From assembly GCA_965219455.1 (NCBI GenBank), contig OZ244744.1, forward strand, positions 416,001 to 480,000: a stretch of DNA of 64,000 bases, given 5' to 3'. This DNA comes from Candidatus Latescibacterota bacterium. Lineage in GTDB: Bacteria > Latescibacterota > UBA2968 > GCA-2709665. Below, in pieces: positions 19,001 to 28,630 of the stretch; within the stretch, counting starts at the first letter, position 1; every line of letters begins with the position of its first letter. A program made the translations under genes and the position numbers. The notes under the pieces are model-generated. The model did not search any database, was not told the DNA's origin, and worked only from the letters and a program-made list of their open reading frames with translations.

Positions 19001-19724
19001 GAAGTACATCTTCCTCCTTGATGGCCGTGCTGGGGGGAATGATCACCCGGTCGTCGAGCGGAATCGACTCGCTGTCGATAGTTATTGGCGTGTGCGCCGT
19101 CAGTTCCGGGAAACGATTCGGCCCCACCGTAACGGTGCCCCCGCCATCCGCCTGGTTGGAGGTAATGAGATAGGCCACATAAAGGCGTGTTTTTTCCGAC
19201 AGATCGAACGCGACCCCGATCCAGTCCTTGATTTCCTGGAACGTACTCGGCTCAAGTACGGGCATATAAAGGTGTTTCGCGATAAACCGGGAATCGGCCG
19301 GCACCTGGGTGCCTTCGGACCACGTATCGTCGCCAAACACCGCCACCGCAGCACCCCCGGGGGCCGTACCCGCCATGTTACCAAGAGCAAGCCCGTCGGA
19401 CGCCACATGCGCACCCACACTCTTCATCACCGCCATAGCGCGGACGGACGCCATCTGGGAACCGTTCAACCGCGCGGCGCTGAGCGCTTCGTTATTGGCG
19501 ATCTGCACCACCACGCCCTGCTCAACCAGCAGTTCCCGGATGCGTTCCGCGGCATCGAAGACCTCGGCCACCGGAGAACCCGGGTAGCCCGTCAGCATAC
19601 CCATGCGGTGTTCCAGACCGCCCTTGACAATGAGCTCATTGCCGGTAAAGATCCCGACGCCTTCTTCCAGGAGAAATCTCGGATCCACAGCAATTTCCTT
19701 GGATGGTTGCCCGCTTGACGTCAA
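16083..19724 (-). CDS. Indolepyruvate:ferredoxin oxidoreductase family, fused alpha-beta single chain
   Basis: GYPGSP, R.PSFCPGCPH, GDIGCY, GDSTFFHSG..N.TTAMTGHQ (TPP), C..C..C ferredoxin-like motif, AGVGGMG, MAYKDEVYVA.L. Confidence 0.9.
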   Translation of the reverse strand: MTSSGQPSKEIAVDPRFLLEEGVGIFTGNELIVKGGLEHRMGMLTGYPGSPVAEVFDAAERIRELLVEQGVVVQIANNEALSAARLNGSQMASVRAMAVMKSVGAHVASDGLALGNMAGTAPGGAAVAVFGDDTWSEGTQVPADSRFIAKHLYMPVLEPSTFQEIKDWIGVAFDLSEKTRLYVAYLITSNQADGGGTVTVGPNRFPELTAHTPITIDSESIPLDDRVIIPPSTAIKEEDVLHRRMPELLEYAREYNLNRILYPPASGKKRVGFISSSLAYCYLEHVMNMVGLEGSIPILKYGLTYPVDPEILKAFVAIVDEIYVVEEKRGFLEGQVTAALQGLHQDGEIGPFRIWGKRFPNGQPGFPDSKGMNPSILLKALAPVLLGLNDPTVPIDRDRIVREVDLVDETANYLVQAAVRTPSFCPGCPHRDSASVLNRVVDDFSSTDYMQKNHQRDPADLVFHGDIGCYSLLKYKPFDRLMHNLSGMGLGGGTGAGIDPYIDNKQLVFMGDSTFFHSGMAAISDSIKHGQDITYVILDNKTTAMTGHQPTPGVDVDILGKPTFAQDIEQVVRGMAGTGDCVFVARMNPAERTSYRQTLERALLKDGVKIVIADKECGITFHRRQRATQNEVVQDRGYLPEERHINITPEVCEYCLECTRATGCSGLTVEQTLHGPKIATDLSLCVADGACTRVTVSNGDGTCPSFEEVIVKRTGPAQRQTEAIDLSNLPAPEVKAFDATWYAYIAGVGGMGINTIAAILSVAGARQGYAVRFTNKKGLAIRNGAVYSHVSFAKGDRVISQITPYGHADLLLGLDILEAVRGLESMGNGRVASPRHTTAVVETGKRHTVLTLTGQDEFDTSELEDVLKQHTNAEGFFGMDLGEISERFLGNKIYANSILLGVAYQRGVLPLELEHIKWSMERNLKRSDLESNLKAFDLGRKIAIDPDVVAEEKRSLSYMELVEDKAGILERGKGRKARDVYLELAAEVEPLALDEEDCLQFALGVYDLMQWDGADYARSYVRRVRKMYGNDRPEEGYEATRAVIRYLPRVMAYKDEVYVAHLLTSEEKYRRDCERYNVCAERGDRIAYRHFNRGNFNILGFNVYLKLTTRDWMLKLMKRMKFLRKLMPAWHKEEKAYRDWYVEFVDRFEFDHEERYGDYVRLFRMPDEVRGYREVIRPKIEAAYQAAAATMNGNGHLPSTEPYLSIEPVVERV

Positions 19725-19782
19725 CTTTTACCGCAAACCCGGAACCGCACCGGCCCCGAATTCTCCGGCCCGTGCACGAGCA

Positions 19783-21174
19783 CTATTCCATCAGCCGCCA
19801 TTGCGGGTTATACGTTTCCGCCGGATGCGTGGAGTGCACCAGTTCGAAGACTCCTGCGCCGCGACGATCCTTGAAGATGAATCTGACACCCCTCTGTTCT
19901 TCGTAAGTCCAGACTTCAAACGGCTTTTCATTGGAAGACGCCAGATTGTATTGAATGTCGCTCGGCTCGCCGAATTTGACGTAGATTCGTCCCTTGTCCG
20001 TATCCGACCCCCGCCTGCCCCGGCCAGCCGCGTAGTTGTTCTCGGCAAACCGCATTCGCTGGATGTGTTGAATCAGGCGTTCGTTTTCATCGGTTGCCGG
20101 CGTTGGATCCAGTTCCTTCCAGAACATTTTCAGATACGCCATCTGATCCTGCCTACCCTTCAGTTCTTTGTATTCCTTCCGCTGCGAACCCCTGGCAATA
20201 TATCGAATGGCTTTGTAATAGCGAATATTGTCCCGTTCCTCCTGAGTCAACTCCACGACTTTCTGCTGCACGCCCAGCGAAACCATCCGCCTCGCCCGGA
20301 GAACGGCGCGGTTGCTCCGGTCAAGCGCCTCTACTTGCAGGTAATACGTGCCCGGAGGCAGGTCGCCGGTATTGAAGACCTCTGTTTTTACCGCGCTTGT
20401 ACCTGGCTTCAGCAATCGCTGGTCGGCAAACTCCATCAGCGCGACGCCGGCCGTATCAAGCATGCTGTAACCCAGTATGAAAGTATTGTCTGCTCCCTCC
20501 ACAGGGGGCGACAGGTGATAGATCTCGAAATAGACTTCGATATCCCCGCCGGCCGGATAGGTGCGCGTCACGTTTGGAGTCACCAGCCAGCCATATCTCG
20601 AAAACCTGCCGTCCGTGTCGGTTTTGGATAGCCCGGATGCGAACAGCAGATCGCTGGATTTCAAGGCCTGCCTCTCAAAATCCCGAACCTGCAAAACACC
20701 TTTGGCCACCGCTTTGTAATCCTGCTTCAGGTCTCGAATCGAAAGCGTCATGCGATAGGTGCCCGGCTTCAGATCGAACCCGATCATATCGCGAAACGGC
20801 AGACCCGCGCCTTCGATATCCTCGGCGTTTTCCACCCAGACCTTCCGCTTCCAGGTCTCTTCGTTGACAACGGTACCTCCCGAGTCGGCCAGTGCGATGG
20901 ACAACTCCAGCTCCGCCTCGTACCGTTTTTTCTTTCGTCTGAATTTCAACTGACTCGCGTCGAGAAGAACGTAAATTTCCTGGCGGGTATATCCGACTGA
21001 ACTCTGAAATCCGGCGGTGTCCGTGAAAAATCTCAAATCTCCTTCGCCCATCAGCGGCAGATCCATGCGCCGCACCTCTCCACCGTGCCCCTCCGAGCAC
21101 CAGACCGTAACGCCCGCAACCAGCAGGGCGCCTATCCAAATCCGCTTCGCGATCCTCATTTCCAAGGTCTCCAA
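19783..21174 (-). CDS. GWxTD domain-containing secreted protein
   Basis: Signal peptide; FWKELDPTP.T.ENE, GSDTDKGRIYVKFGEP, EVWTY. Confidence 0.8.
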   Translation of the reverse strand: METLEMRIAKRIWIGALLVAGVTVWCSEGHGGEVRRMDLPLMGEGDLRFFTDTAGFQSSVGYTRQEIYVLLDASQLKFRRKKKRYEAELELSIALADSGGTVVNEETWKRKVWVENAEDIEGAGLPFRDMIGFDLKPGTYRMTLSIRDLKQDYKAVAKGVLQVRDFERQALKSSDLLFASGLSKTDTDGRFSRYGWLVTPNVTRTYPAGGDIEVYFEIYHLSPPVEGADNTFILGYSMLDTAGVALMEFADQRLLKPGTSAVKTEVFNTGDLPPGTYYLQVEALDRSNRAVLRARRMVSLGVQQKVVELTQEERDNIRYYKAIRYIARGSQRKEYKELKGRQDQMAYLKMFWKELDPTPATDENERLIQHIQRMRFAENNYAAGRGRRGSDTDKGRIYVKFGEPSDIQYNLASSNEKPFEVWTYEEQRGVRFIFKDRRGAGVFELVHSTHPAETYNPQWRLME

Positions 21175-21246
21175 GTTTGTTTGGATCTATTCGCAGCCGG
21201 GAATCAACTGCGGGAGGGGGGCTTTCCGCCCCGGGCCGAAACAGGC

Positions 21247-21275
21247 AATGTATTGAACTCCAACATTCAAGTCAA
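21247..21275 (-). promoter_or_regulatory. Sigma70-type promoter upstream of the GWxTD gene
   Basis: TTGACT-N17-TACATT; the spacer carries a TTGAA-N8-TTCAA inverted repeat. Confidence 0.55.
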
Positions 21276-21397
21276 CTCCAAAGCACCCGGCAATCCGTCA
21301 GGCCCTGGTGTCCCGTCCCAGAAATATGTCACCATTCATCCGCCGGTTCATCCCGTCTCGCAGCGTTGCCTTCGCTCGGCGGCCGAATTCAGGCAAT

Positions 21398-21802
21398 CTA
21401 TTTCCGGGACAGAACACTAGCGTCGGGCGAGACAAAAATCTCATCCTGCCGGATACGCACCGGGTATTTTCTGATTTTGAAATGCGGCGCCTCGGGACAA
21501 GCGCCGGATTCAAGATCGAACGTCAGGTTGTGCCAGAAACAGGTTAGCGTGCCGCCCCTGATCCCATCTGTCCCGATGGGGCGCTGGTTGTGTGGACAGA
21601 TATTGTCAATCGCCTCAATTCTGCCGCCCACGTTGAAAAGCCCGATTTCTCGGCCCATCATCATCACCAGCTTGCCGGTGCCGGGGGGGACTTCACGCAT
21701 CGAAGCCACACGAAAAAACCGCTGGTTTCGCCCAGAGCCGCCGGGGGCGTACTGACCGGTCCGGCACTGGCCTTTCGGACGCCATCGATTCAACTTGAAC
21801 AC
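21398..21802 (-). CDS. Rieske [2Fe-2S] ferredoxin
   Basis: AIDNICPH...LTCFWH..TFDLESG; start uncertain (GTG 21802 just after the lipA stop). Confidence 0.8.
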   Translation of the reverse strand: MFKLNRWRPKGQCRTGQYAPGGSGRNQRFFRVASMREVPPGTGKLVMMMGREIGLFNVGGRIEAIDNICPHNQRPIGTDGIRGGTLTCFWHNLTFDLESGACPEAPHFKIRKYPVRIRQDEIFVSPDASVLSRK

Positions 21803-21806
21803 GGTC

Positions 21807-22715
21807 TCACCCTGCAACGACGTGGTTTGCGGCGTGGTAGGAACTCCGTACCAGCGGACCCGACTCCACGTGGCGGAATCCTCGCATCTGCGCAAAAATC
21901 CGGATCTTCTCGAATTCTTCCGGATGGTAAAATCTGGCAATGGATACGTGGGCCGGCGAGGGCTGCAGATATTGCCCCACGGTCAGAATATCGGTTCCCT
22001 GTTCGGCAATGTCGTCGATGGTCTGGTAAACCTCTTCCATGGTCTCGCCCGCGCCAACCATAATGCCGGACTTCGTTGTGATATCGGCATTGGCCACGCC
22101 GGCGCGGCGCAGCAATTCGAGGGACTGCACGTAATTCGCCTGGGGGCGCATCGTTCGATACAGTCTGGGCGGCGTCTCCACGTTGTGGTTCAGAATATCG
22201 GGACCGGCGGACATCACCGCCTCCAACGCGCGCCAGTTTCCCCGAAAATCAGGAATCAACACTTCCACCCGGGCTTCAGGACTAAGCCGGCGGATCGCCC
22301 GGATGGTGGCTGAAAATATCGACGCGCCCCCATCCGGCAATTCATCGCGGTTCACAGATGTCACTACGGCGTGTCTCAGCCCCAGCCGCCGGACGGCTTC
22401 GGCGACCCGGCCGGGTTCTTCCACGTCGAGACCTTCGGGCCGCCCGGTCTTCACCGCACAAAACCCGCAGCTGCGAGTACAGATGTCTCCCAGAATCATG
22501 AACGTGGCCGTACCGGCCCCCCAGCATTCACCGATATTCGGACACTTCGCACTTTCGCAAACGGTGTGCAGATCCAGTTCCCGCATGAGCCGGTTCAATT
22601 CGCGGTACCCGGCATTGCCGGGCGCGGGTACCCGGAACCAGTCGGGCAATCGCCGGTTTTTCCTCGGGTTCGGGTTTTCGATTTGCAGGCTCATAAAGGC
22701 ATGTGGGTCCGGCAT
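21807..22715 (-). CDS. lipA: Lipoyl synthase
   Basis: [34 protein letters not shown]. Confidence 0.97.
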   Translation of the reverse strand: MPDPHAFMSLQIENPNPRKNRRLPDWFRVPAPGNAGYRELNRLMRELDLHTVCESAKCPNIGECWGAGTATFMILGDICTRSCGFCAVKTGRPEGLDVEEPGRVAEAVRRLGLRHAVVTSVNRDELPDGGASIFSATIRAIRRLSPEARVEVLIPDFRGNWRALEAVMSAGPDILNHNVETPPRLYRTMRPQANYVQSLELLRRAGVANADITTKSGIMVGAGETMEEVYQTIDDIAEQGTDILTVGQYLQPSPAHVSIARFYHPEEFEKIRIFAQMRGFRHVESGPLVRSSYHAANHVVAG

Positions 22716-22762
22716 CGCTTGCGAAGTCCCGGCGCGACCGCAAGGGGTTTTAAGACAGCTTC

Positions 22763-24139
22763 TCAGCGTTCGGGTTCGCCTATTAGCGTGTGTGACGTTG
22801 CGTTCGTGATTCTGACGTTCACGAATGTATTGGTTTTAATCCCGTTTCTCGGAAACACAACCGTTTTGAATCCGTCTGATTTTCCTACCGCCTGCCCTCT
22901 ACCCCGCTTCGCGTCGCCCTCCACGAGCACCTCCCGTAATTTTCCGACGTAGCGCCTGTTGATCTCGCTGGAGATCCTCGTCTGCTGGGCAATTACGGCC
23001 TCGAGCCGCCGTCCCTTTTCGGTTTCCGACACCGTATCGGGAATCTCCCGGTAGGCCACCGTACCCTTCCTGGGCGAATACTTGAACATAAACGCCGAAT
23101 CGTACCGTACCTGTCTCATCAGCGCCATGGTCGACTCGAAATCCGAATCCGCCTCGCCCGGGAATCCCACAATGATATCCGTGGATAGACAGAGCCCTGG
23201 CAGGGCCGTTCTCAGCCGGGTGACCAGGTTCAGGTACCGGTCCTTGGAGTAGGTCCGCTTCATGGCCTTCAAAACCGTGTCGGAACCTGACTGCACCGGC
23301 AAATGGATGAAACGGCAGATCTTTCTCTCCTCGGCCATGGTACCGATCAGTTTTTCCGAAAAATCGCTGGGATGCGGCGACGTGAAGCGAATCCGCCGTA
23401 TACCGTCCACACCTGCCACCATCTTCAACAGATCGGCAAAATCGGATTCGCCGTCGTGATAGGAATTCACGGTCTGCCCGAGCAGGGTCACCTCCTGGAA
23501 CCCCTCCGACGCAGCCATGCGAACCTGTCGCAACAGGTCGCCGGCAGGCACGCTCCGCTCCCGGCCGCGCACGTAGGGAACGATGCAGAACGTGCAGAAC
23601 TTGTCGCATCCGCGCATGATCGTGATCCAGGCATTGGTGCCTTCCTGGCGAACGGGATCCAGATCCAGATAATCCTCGTGCCGGTCGAGCCGCACGTCCA
23701 ACGCGGGATTCCCGGCCGCCTCTTCGATCAACTGGGGCAGGCGACGATAGGAATCGGGCCCGACCACGAGATCGACGTACGGCAACTCGTTCAGAAGTTG
23801 CTCGGCAAGGTGCTTGGCCATGCATCCGCTCACGCCGAGTACGAGGTCCGGGCGCGTCCGCTTCGCCTGGCTAAGTTGAGAAAGGCGGCCCACCACCCGC
23901 TCCTCCGCCCGCTCTCGAATGGCGCAGGTATTCAACAGCACCACGTCCGCGTCTTCAAGACCGAACGCCCGACGGAATCCCGCCTTCTTCAGAACGCCCA
24001 TCATCAGTTCCGTGTCGGACACGTTCATCTGACAGCCATAGGTCTCAATATAGACCCGATACGCTGCGCCAGAGAAGGGCAGGTTCACTTCATCCGCCAA
24101 GGAAATGTCCGACTGTCGTTCAATGTCCAGAAGCCGCAT
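22763..24139 (-). CDS. miaB: tRNA-2-methylthio-N6-dimethylallyladenosine synthase
   Basis: [40 protein letters not shown]-terminal TRAM; ATG 24139 with GGAG. Confidence 0.96.
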   Translation of the reverse strand: MRLLDIERQSDISLADEVNLPFSGAAYRVYIETYGCQMNVSDTELMMGVLKKAGFRRAFGLEDADVVLLNTCAIRERAEERVVGRLSQLSQAKRTRPDLVLGVSGCMAKHLAEQLLNELPYVDLVVGPDSYRRLPQLIEEAAGNPALDVRLDRHEDYLDLDPVRQEGTNAWITIMRGCDKFCTFCIVPYVRGRERSVPAGDLLRQVRMAASEGFQEVTLLGQTVNSYHDGESDFADLLKMVAGVDGIRRIRFTSPHPSDFSEKLIGTMAEERKICRFIHLPVQSGSDTVLKAMKRTYSKDRYLNLVTRLRTALPGLCLSTDIIVGFPGEADSDFESTMALMRQVRYDSAFMFKYSPRKGTVAYREIPDTVSETEKGRRLEAVIAQQTRISSEINRRYVGKLREVLVEGDAKRGRGQAVGKSDGFKTVVFPRNGIKTNTFVNVRITNATSHTLIGEPER

Positions 24140-25370
24140 CCGGCACTCCAGGATGATTGTCCGTCTTCGATGAGTCAGGAGATTTCTGCTTCCTGTCGCG
24201 GAGTCCCCGATGTTCGACCCCACAGTCGATCTCGTCGATCGCCAGCCTGATTTCCTCGCGGACGGCGTCGTCCGTCTCGGCGCCACGGGCCGCTGAAAGC
24301 GCACGGCGCGCATCGGGTCCGCCGATGCGGCCCAGCGCCCAGGCCGAATGCCCGCGGACAAGGGGTTCACTATCGGATAGCGCGGCCACCAACGCGGGAA
24401 TATCGGCCAACGTACCGCGATTGCCCAGAGCCACGGCGGCGTTCCGCAACAACCCGCGCCGTTTGGCGCGTTTGACAGGGCTCCCGCGAAACCTCCGGCT
24501 GAAGGTCGTCTGGTCCATGGCCAGTAACCCGGAGAGGTCGGGCGCGTCCAGATCCTCGCGGGCTTTCAGAGCCGGCTCGTCGGTCGGCCTGGCATGTTTC
24601 AGGTTCCACGGACAGACTTCCTGGCATATATCGCAACCGTAGACCCAGTCCCCTATTTTTTCCCGATAAGGCCTGGGAATCGCGCCTTTCAACTCAATCG
24701 TCAGGTACGAGATGCACCGATTGGAATCCAGCACGTATGGCTGTGGAATCGCTTCGGTCGGGCAGGCATCCATACATAGTCTGCAAGTCCCGCAATGGTC
24801 GGCAACGGGACGGTCGAGGGCCAGAGGCAGGGTCAGCAGAATTTCTCCGAGGAAAAACCACGACCCTCTGCGCTTATGTATGAGGTTGGTGTGCTTGCCG
24901 AACCACCCCAGGCCGGCCCGGGCGGCGAAATCGCGCTCCAGCACAGGACCCGTATCCACGTAGACCCGTCCCCGCACCTCCGGTTTCAGGCCCTGAATCC
25001 ATTCCAGCAAACGCTCCAAACGGGCGGTCATCAGGTCGTGATAGTCGTCGCCCCTGGCATACCTGGAGACCTTCCCCCTGGACCGCCCATCGGCAGAAGG
25101 CGCACCCGTCGCCTGATCGTAATTCATCCCCACGCAAAGGACCGTTCTGGCGCCCGGGAGCACCTGCTCGGGATGCGACCTGCGGTCGAGATTCCGGCCA
25201 AGATAAGCCATCTGGCCGGCATATCCCCGCGACAGCCAGTCCAGATAAAAAGCCCAGTGCTCCGGTGGCCCGGCGGGCGCAACCCCGACGGGGTTAAAAC
25301 CCATCCCGCGCGCCTTCCGCTTGACCTGCGCGGTCAACTTCCGCTGTTCGGTTTCCAAATCCGTGGTCAT
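24120..25370 (-). CDS. queG: Epoxyqueuosine reductase
   Basis: YARGDDYH, VDTGPVLER, CGTCRLCMDACPT, CISYLTIE, GCDICQEVCPWN, HEAT-like tail. Confidence 0.95.
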   Translation of the reverse strand: MTTDLETEQRKLTAQVKRKARGMGFNPVGVAPAGPPEHWAFYLDWLSRGYAGQMAYLGRNLDRRSHPEQVLPGARTVLCVGMNYDQATGAPSADGRSRGKVSRYARGDDYHDLMTARLERLLEWIQGLKPEVRGRVYVDTGPVLERDFAARAGLGWFGKHTNLIHKRRGSWFFLGEILLTLPLALDRPVADHCGTCRLCMDACPTEAIPQPYVLDSNRCISYLTIELKGAIPRPYREKIGDWVYGCDICQEVCPWNLKHARPTDEPALKAREDLDAPDLSGLLAMDQTTFSRRFRGSPVKRAKRRGLLRNAAVALGNRGTLADIPALVAALSDSEPLVRGHSAWALGRIGGPDARRALSAARGAETDDAVREEIRLAIDEIDCGVEHRGLRDRKQKSPDSSKTDNHPGVPDAASGH

Positions 25371-25387
25371 GGCAGCCAAACAAGCCC

Positions 25388-25421
25388 AAAAGGACAGGGA
25401 ACGGACGCACCCTGTCCTTTT
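25388..25421. terminator. Bidirectional intrinsic terminator
   Basis: AAAAGGACAGGG...CCCTGTCCTTTT. Confidence 0.7.
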
Positions 25422-25443
25422 CTGTTTAACAACATCAAAACCA

Positions 25444-25824
25444 TCAGGCCCTCACCCGGGACCTGAAATCCGCAACTGCCGCCCTGACTGAATCTCTGGC
25501 CAGCGCGGCCGCATGTCGTCTTGTGGGCGGCAGTCCGCCCAGCCTGGTCTCGACATCCGCCCGGGAAACCGCCCCCGCAGCGGCCACCGACAGCCCTGCC
25601 ACCATTTCCGTCAGTACGGAAGCGGCGGCGATGGTGGCCGTGCATCCCTGAGCCTGAAACACTGCCCGTACGATCCGCTCATCCACGATTTTCAGTTGAA
25701 GCGACACCACCGCGCCCGATGCCGGATTTTCGACGGAGCCGACGCCGTCCGCATCGTGCATGGTTCCTGCGTTGCGCGGATTCCTGAAATGATCCAGGGC
25801 AATTTCGCTATAGGTCTCGGCCAT
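25444..25824 (-). CDS. IscU/NifU-N family scaffold-like protein (degenerate ligand set)
   Basis: YSEIALDHFRNPRNAG, F.AQGC...AAAS, LGGLPP.R.H. Confidence 0.8.
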   Translation of the reverse strand: MAETYSEIALDHFRNPRNAGTMHDADGVGSVENPASGAVVSLQLKIVDERIVRAVFQAQGCTATIAAASVLTEMVAGLSVAAAGAVSRADVETRLGGLPPTRRHAAALARDSVRAAVADFRSRVRA

Positions 25825-25845
25825 GGAGCCCAACCACCCGCCGGC

Positions 25846-26343
25846 TCATCGGGTATTTTCAAGTGGCCTTCGAGGCGGCGTAAGCGTCACCCGGTCTTCC
25901 ACGGCCAGCAGTTGCTCTTTGGTATAGATCAGTTCGGCGCGGCTCTCCGCTGCCAGTTCGGTTCGCTCCGTCATGACGATCGCGTCTTCCGGACAGGCTT
26001 CAACACACATGCCGCAGAAAATACACCGGAGCATATCGATGTCAAACCGCTTGGGATGTTTCTCCCGATCCTCCCACGGCGCTTCTTCGGCCTCGATGGC
26101 GATGCAATCCGCCGGACAAGCCGTGGCGCACATGTAGCATGCGACGCATTTCGGGCGACCCTTATCGTCCTTCGTTAGCTTGTGCAGCCCTCGGTATCCG
26201 CTGGGTTTTGTCCAGGTTTCTTCCGGATACTGCATCGTTATCTTCTTGCCGAGCAGATGCCTGAAGGTCAGAGACAGACCCTTTGTGATTGCCGGAAGGT
26301 ACATTCTTTCGGTCAGAGTCATTTCGTGACCGACCTTTTTCAT
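25846..26343 (-). CDS. nuoI: NADH-quinone oxidoreductase subunit I
   Basis: TMQYPEE, YRGLH, CVACYMCATACP, DMLRCIFCGMCVEACP; ATG 26343 with AGGAG. Confidence 0.9.
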   Translation of the reverse strand: MKKVGHEMTLTERMYLPAITKGLSLTFRHLLGKKITMQYPEETWTKPSGYRGLHKLTKDDKGRPKCVACYMCATACPADCIAIEAEEAPWEDREKHPKRFDIDMLRCIFCGMCVEACPEDAIVMTERTELAAESRAELIYTKEQLLAVEDRVTLTPPRRPLENTR

Positions 26344-27961
26344 ATCGGCGTTCTCCTCTCCTGTTTCGGGATCTGCCCTTACGCCGTTTATTGGAACGGC
26401 CCGCCCACTGGGTGGCAACCGTCTGTCGGATGATCGTAACCTGAATCTCGCCGGGATAGGTCATTCCCTCCCGGATGCGCTGCGCAATTTCAAATGACAG
26501 ACCCCTGGCGTGTTCGTCGTCCACCCGGCCGGCATTCACCATCACACGGATCTCCCGGCCGGCATTAATGGCATACGCGTCACGTACGCCATTAAATCCC
26601 CGGGCAATATCCTCCAGATCGCGTACCCTTCGAACATACCCTTCCGCGTCGTCCCGGCGGGCGCCCGGACGGGAGGACGAAATGGCGTCCGCAGCCTTTA
26701 CCAGGAAGGATATGGGAGAACTGGCCTCGGCGTCTCCGTGATGGTAGAGAATAGCATTCCCCACCTCAGGCCCTTCGCCATGTTGCCGCACCATCGCCAC
26801 GCCGATATCGGTATGCGTTCCTTCCTGCTCCTGATCGACCGCCTTACCGATGTCATGCAACAGTCCGGCCCGCCGCGCCAGCATCTCGTCCATCCGCAGT
26901 TCCGCAGCCATTGCGCCTGCCAGGAACGCAACTTCCTTGGAATGTCCCAACACACTCTGACCGTAGCTGGTGCGATACTTCAGGCGTCCCAACATCGTTA
27001 CCAGTTCGGAGTGCAAGTTGTCGATGCCCACTTCCTTGACTGCGCGCCGCCCCTCCTCTTCGATCAGGGTCTCGATACGAGTCTCACAATCGGCCACAAC
27101 CTCTTCCACCCGGCTTGGATTGATTCGCCCCTCCTTCACCAACTGCTCCATCGCCAGCCTGGCCACATCCCGCTTTACCGGATCGAAGCTGGAGAGAACC
27201 ACGGCTTCGGGCGTATCGTTAACGATCACCTTCACACCGGTCGCAGCTTCGAATGAGATAATATTCCGCCCCTCCTTGCCGACGATTCTTCCCTTGATAT
27301 CGTCGTCGGGCAGCGCCACAACCGAAATGGACGATTGTACGGTCTGATCCGTTGAACATCGTTCAATCGCCTGCGCAATGATCTTTTTTGACTCACGCTC
27401 GGACCGGTCCTTGGCCTGATCGATGATCTCCATACCCATCGCGGTCGCCGTATGCCGCAAATCGGTCTCGATCGTCTCCAGGAGCATTTCCCGGGCGCGG
27501 TCCACATTCATGCCGGATATGCGTTCAAGTTGGGCGCGTTGTTCGGTCAGTACCTGATCGAGTTCCTGCTGATTCTGATCCAGGCGTACCACGCGCTGCC
27601 GTACGTCGCGCTCCCGGCGATTCAGCTCCTTGTTTCGCAGTTTGAGGTTATCGTGCTGCTCCAGTATGCCGTTCTCTTTTTCGTTGAGGTCCTCACCCCG
27701 CCGTTCCAATTCACGCCTCTTGCTATCCAGTTCGCGCTCGAACGTCGTCTTGGCATCGTACCACTTGTTCTTCTCTTCGAGAAATGTGGCTCTGCGCTCC
27801 CGGCCCGCCTTCTCAACCAATTTTGAAATCCGACGCTCGGTGTGGTGTTCAATTTCCTGAATTCTGCGGGCCTTGAGCCTCGCGCATAAAAACCACCCGG
27901 CAGCGAAGAGGAGAAACGCGCATGCAATGGCAAGACAAACTGAGTATGCATCCAGCGCCAT
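26162..27961 (-). CDS. rny: Ribonuclease Y
   Basis: N-terminal TM helix, coiled coil, KH (KGRIVGKEGRNI), HD (RTSYGQ..LGHS, LLHDIGK), ADAIS.SRPGAR, YPGEIQVTIIR; extended basic C-terminus. Confidence 0.95.
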   Translation of the reverse strand: MALDAYSVCLAIACAFLLFAAGWFLCARLKARRIQEIEHHTERRISKLVEKAGRERRATFLEEKNKWYDAKTTFERELDSKRRELERRGEDLNEKENGILEQHDNLKLRNKELNRRERDVRQRVVRLDQNQQELDQVLTEQRAQLERISGMNVDRAREMLLETIETDLRHTATAMGMEIIDQAKDRSERESKKIIAQAIERCSTDQTVQSSISVVALPDDDIKGRIVGKEGRNIISFEAATGVKVIVNDTPEAVVLSSFDPVKRDVARLAMEQLVKEGRINPSRVEEVVADCETRIETLIEEEGRRAVKEVGIDNLHSELVTMLGRLKYRTSYGQSVLGHSKEVAFLAGAMAAELRMDEMLARRAGLLHDIGKAVDQEQEGTHTDIGVAMVRQHGEGPEVGNAILYHHGDAEASSPISFLVKAADAISSSRPGARRDDAEGYVRRVRDLEDIARGFNGVRDAYAINAGREIRVMVNAGRVDDEHARGLSFEIAQRIREGMTYPGEIQVTIIRQTVATQWAGRSNKRRKGRSRNRRGERRYEKGRSRNDSDRKNVPSGNHKGSVSDLQASARQEDNDAVSGRNLDKTQRIPRAAQANEGR

Positions 27962-28266
27962 TGAAGCCTCCCGTGTTCGAAAAAATTTAGGTCCAGGTCA
28001 ATCGATTCACGCACATTCGGCCCTACCGTGAATTGTCGCTTTTGCTCATTACAGCAATGCGACGCCGGTTCTCCGGAATTCGCCAACAGAGCCAATTGCT
28101 GCCCGCACCCGTGCGGGAGCAGGCTTGCAATGTGCAACAAAATCAACATAAGACTCCGGTTCAGCTGATCGATCGGACGACAAAGGGAGGCATCCGTCCC
28201 GGACCCCTCCCTCCCTTAATCCAGAAACAAACCGGCTGCTGCCACAAAACACGCCGGTTCATTTCA

Positions 28267-28590
28267 TTATACACCAAACGACTCCCCACAGCCGCACTGA
28301 TTCGTGGCATTGGGATTCAGTACCCTGAAGCCCGTACCCATCAGCCCATCGTCATAATCCAGTTCGGACCCGGCGAGATAGAGCGCACTCTTCATGTCCA
28401 CAAACACCCTGACGCCGTTGCTTTCGATAGTGTCGTCATCTTCGCCGGGGCCATCTTCAAAGCCCATCTGGTACTGCAACCCGGAACATCCGCCTCCGAC
28501 CACCTTCATCCGGAGACCGGCTTGGGGAACGCCTTCGCGTTCCAACAGGTTCCTGATCTTTACCGCTGCAGCCTCGGTGACCGTAACCAT
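28267..28590 (-). CDS. erpA: A-type Fe-S carrier (ErpA/IscA/HesB)
   Basis: GGGCSG.QY, NPNA...CGCGESF. Confidence 0.9.
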   Translation of the reverse strand: MVTVTEAAAVKIRNLLEREGVPQAGLRMKVVGGGCSGLQYQMGFEDGPGEDDDTIESNGVRVFVDMKSALYLAGSELDYDDGLMGTGFRVLNPNATNQCGCGESFGV

Positions 28591-28630
28591 TGTGCCCTCA
28601 ACCTTCTCGGAAATCTTGAAACGTTACCGC

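Noticed and set aside
27962-28266. 6S RNA upstream of rny
   Set aside because: The position is suggestive, but there is no zapA and I find several short hairpins rather than a long rod with a central bubble.
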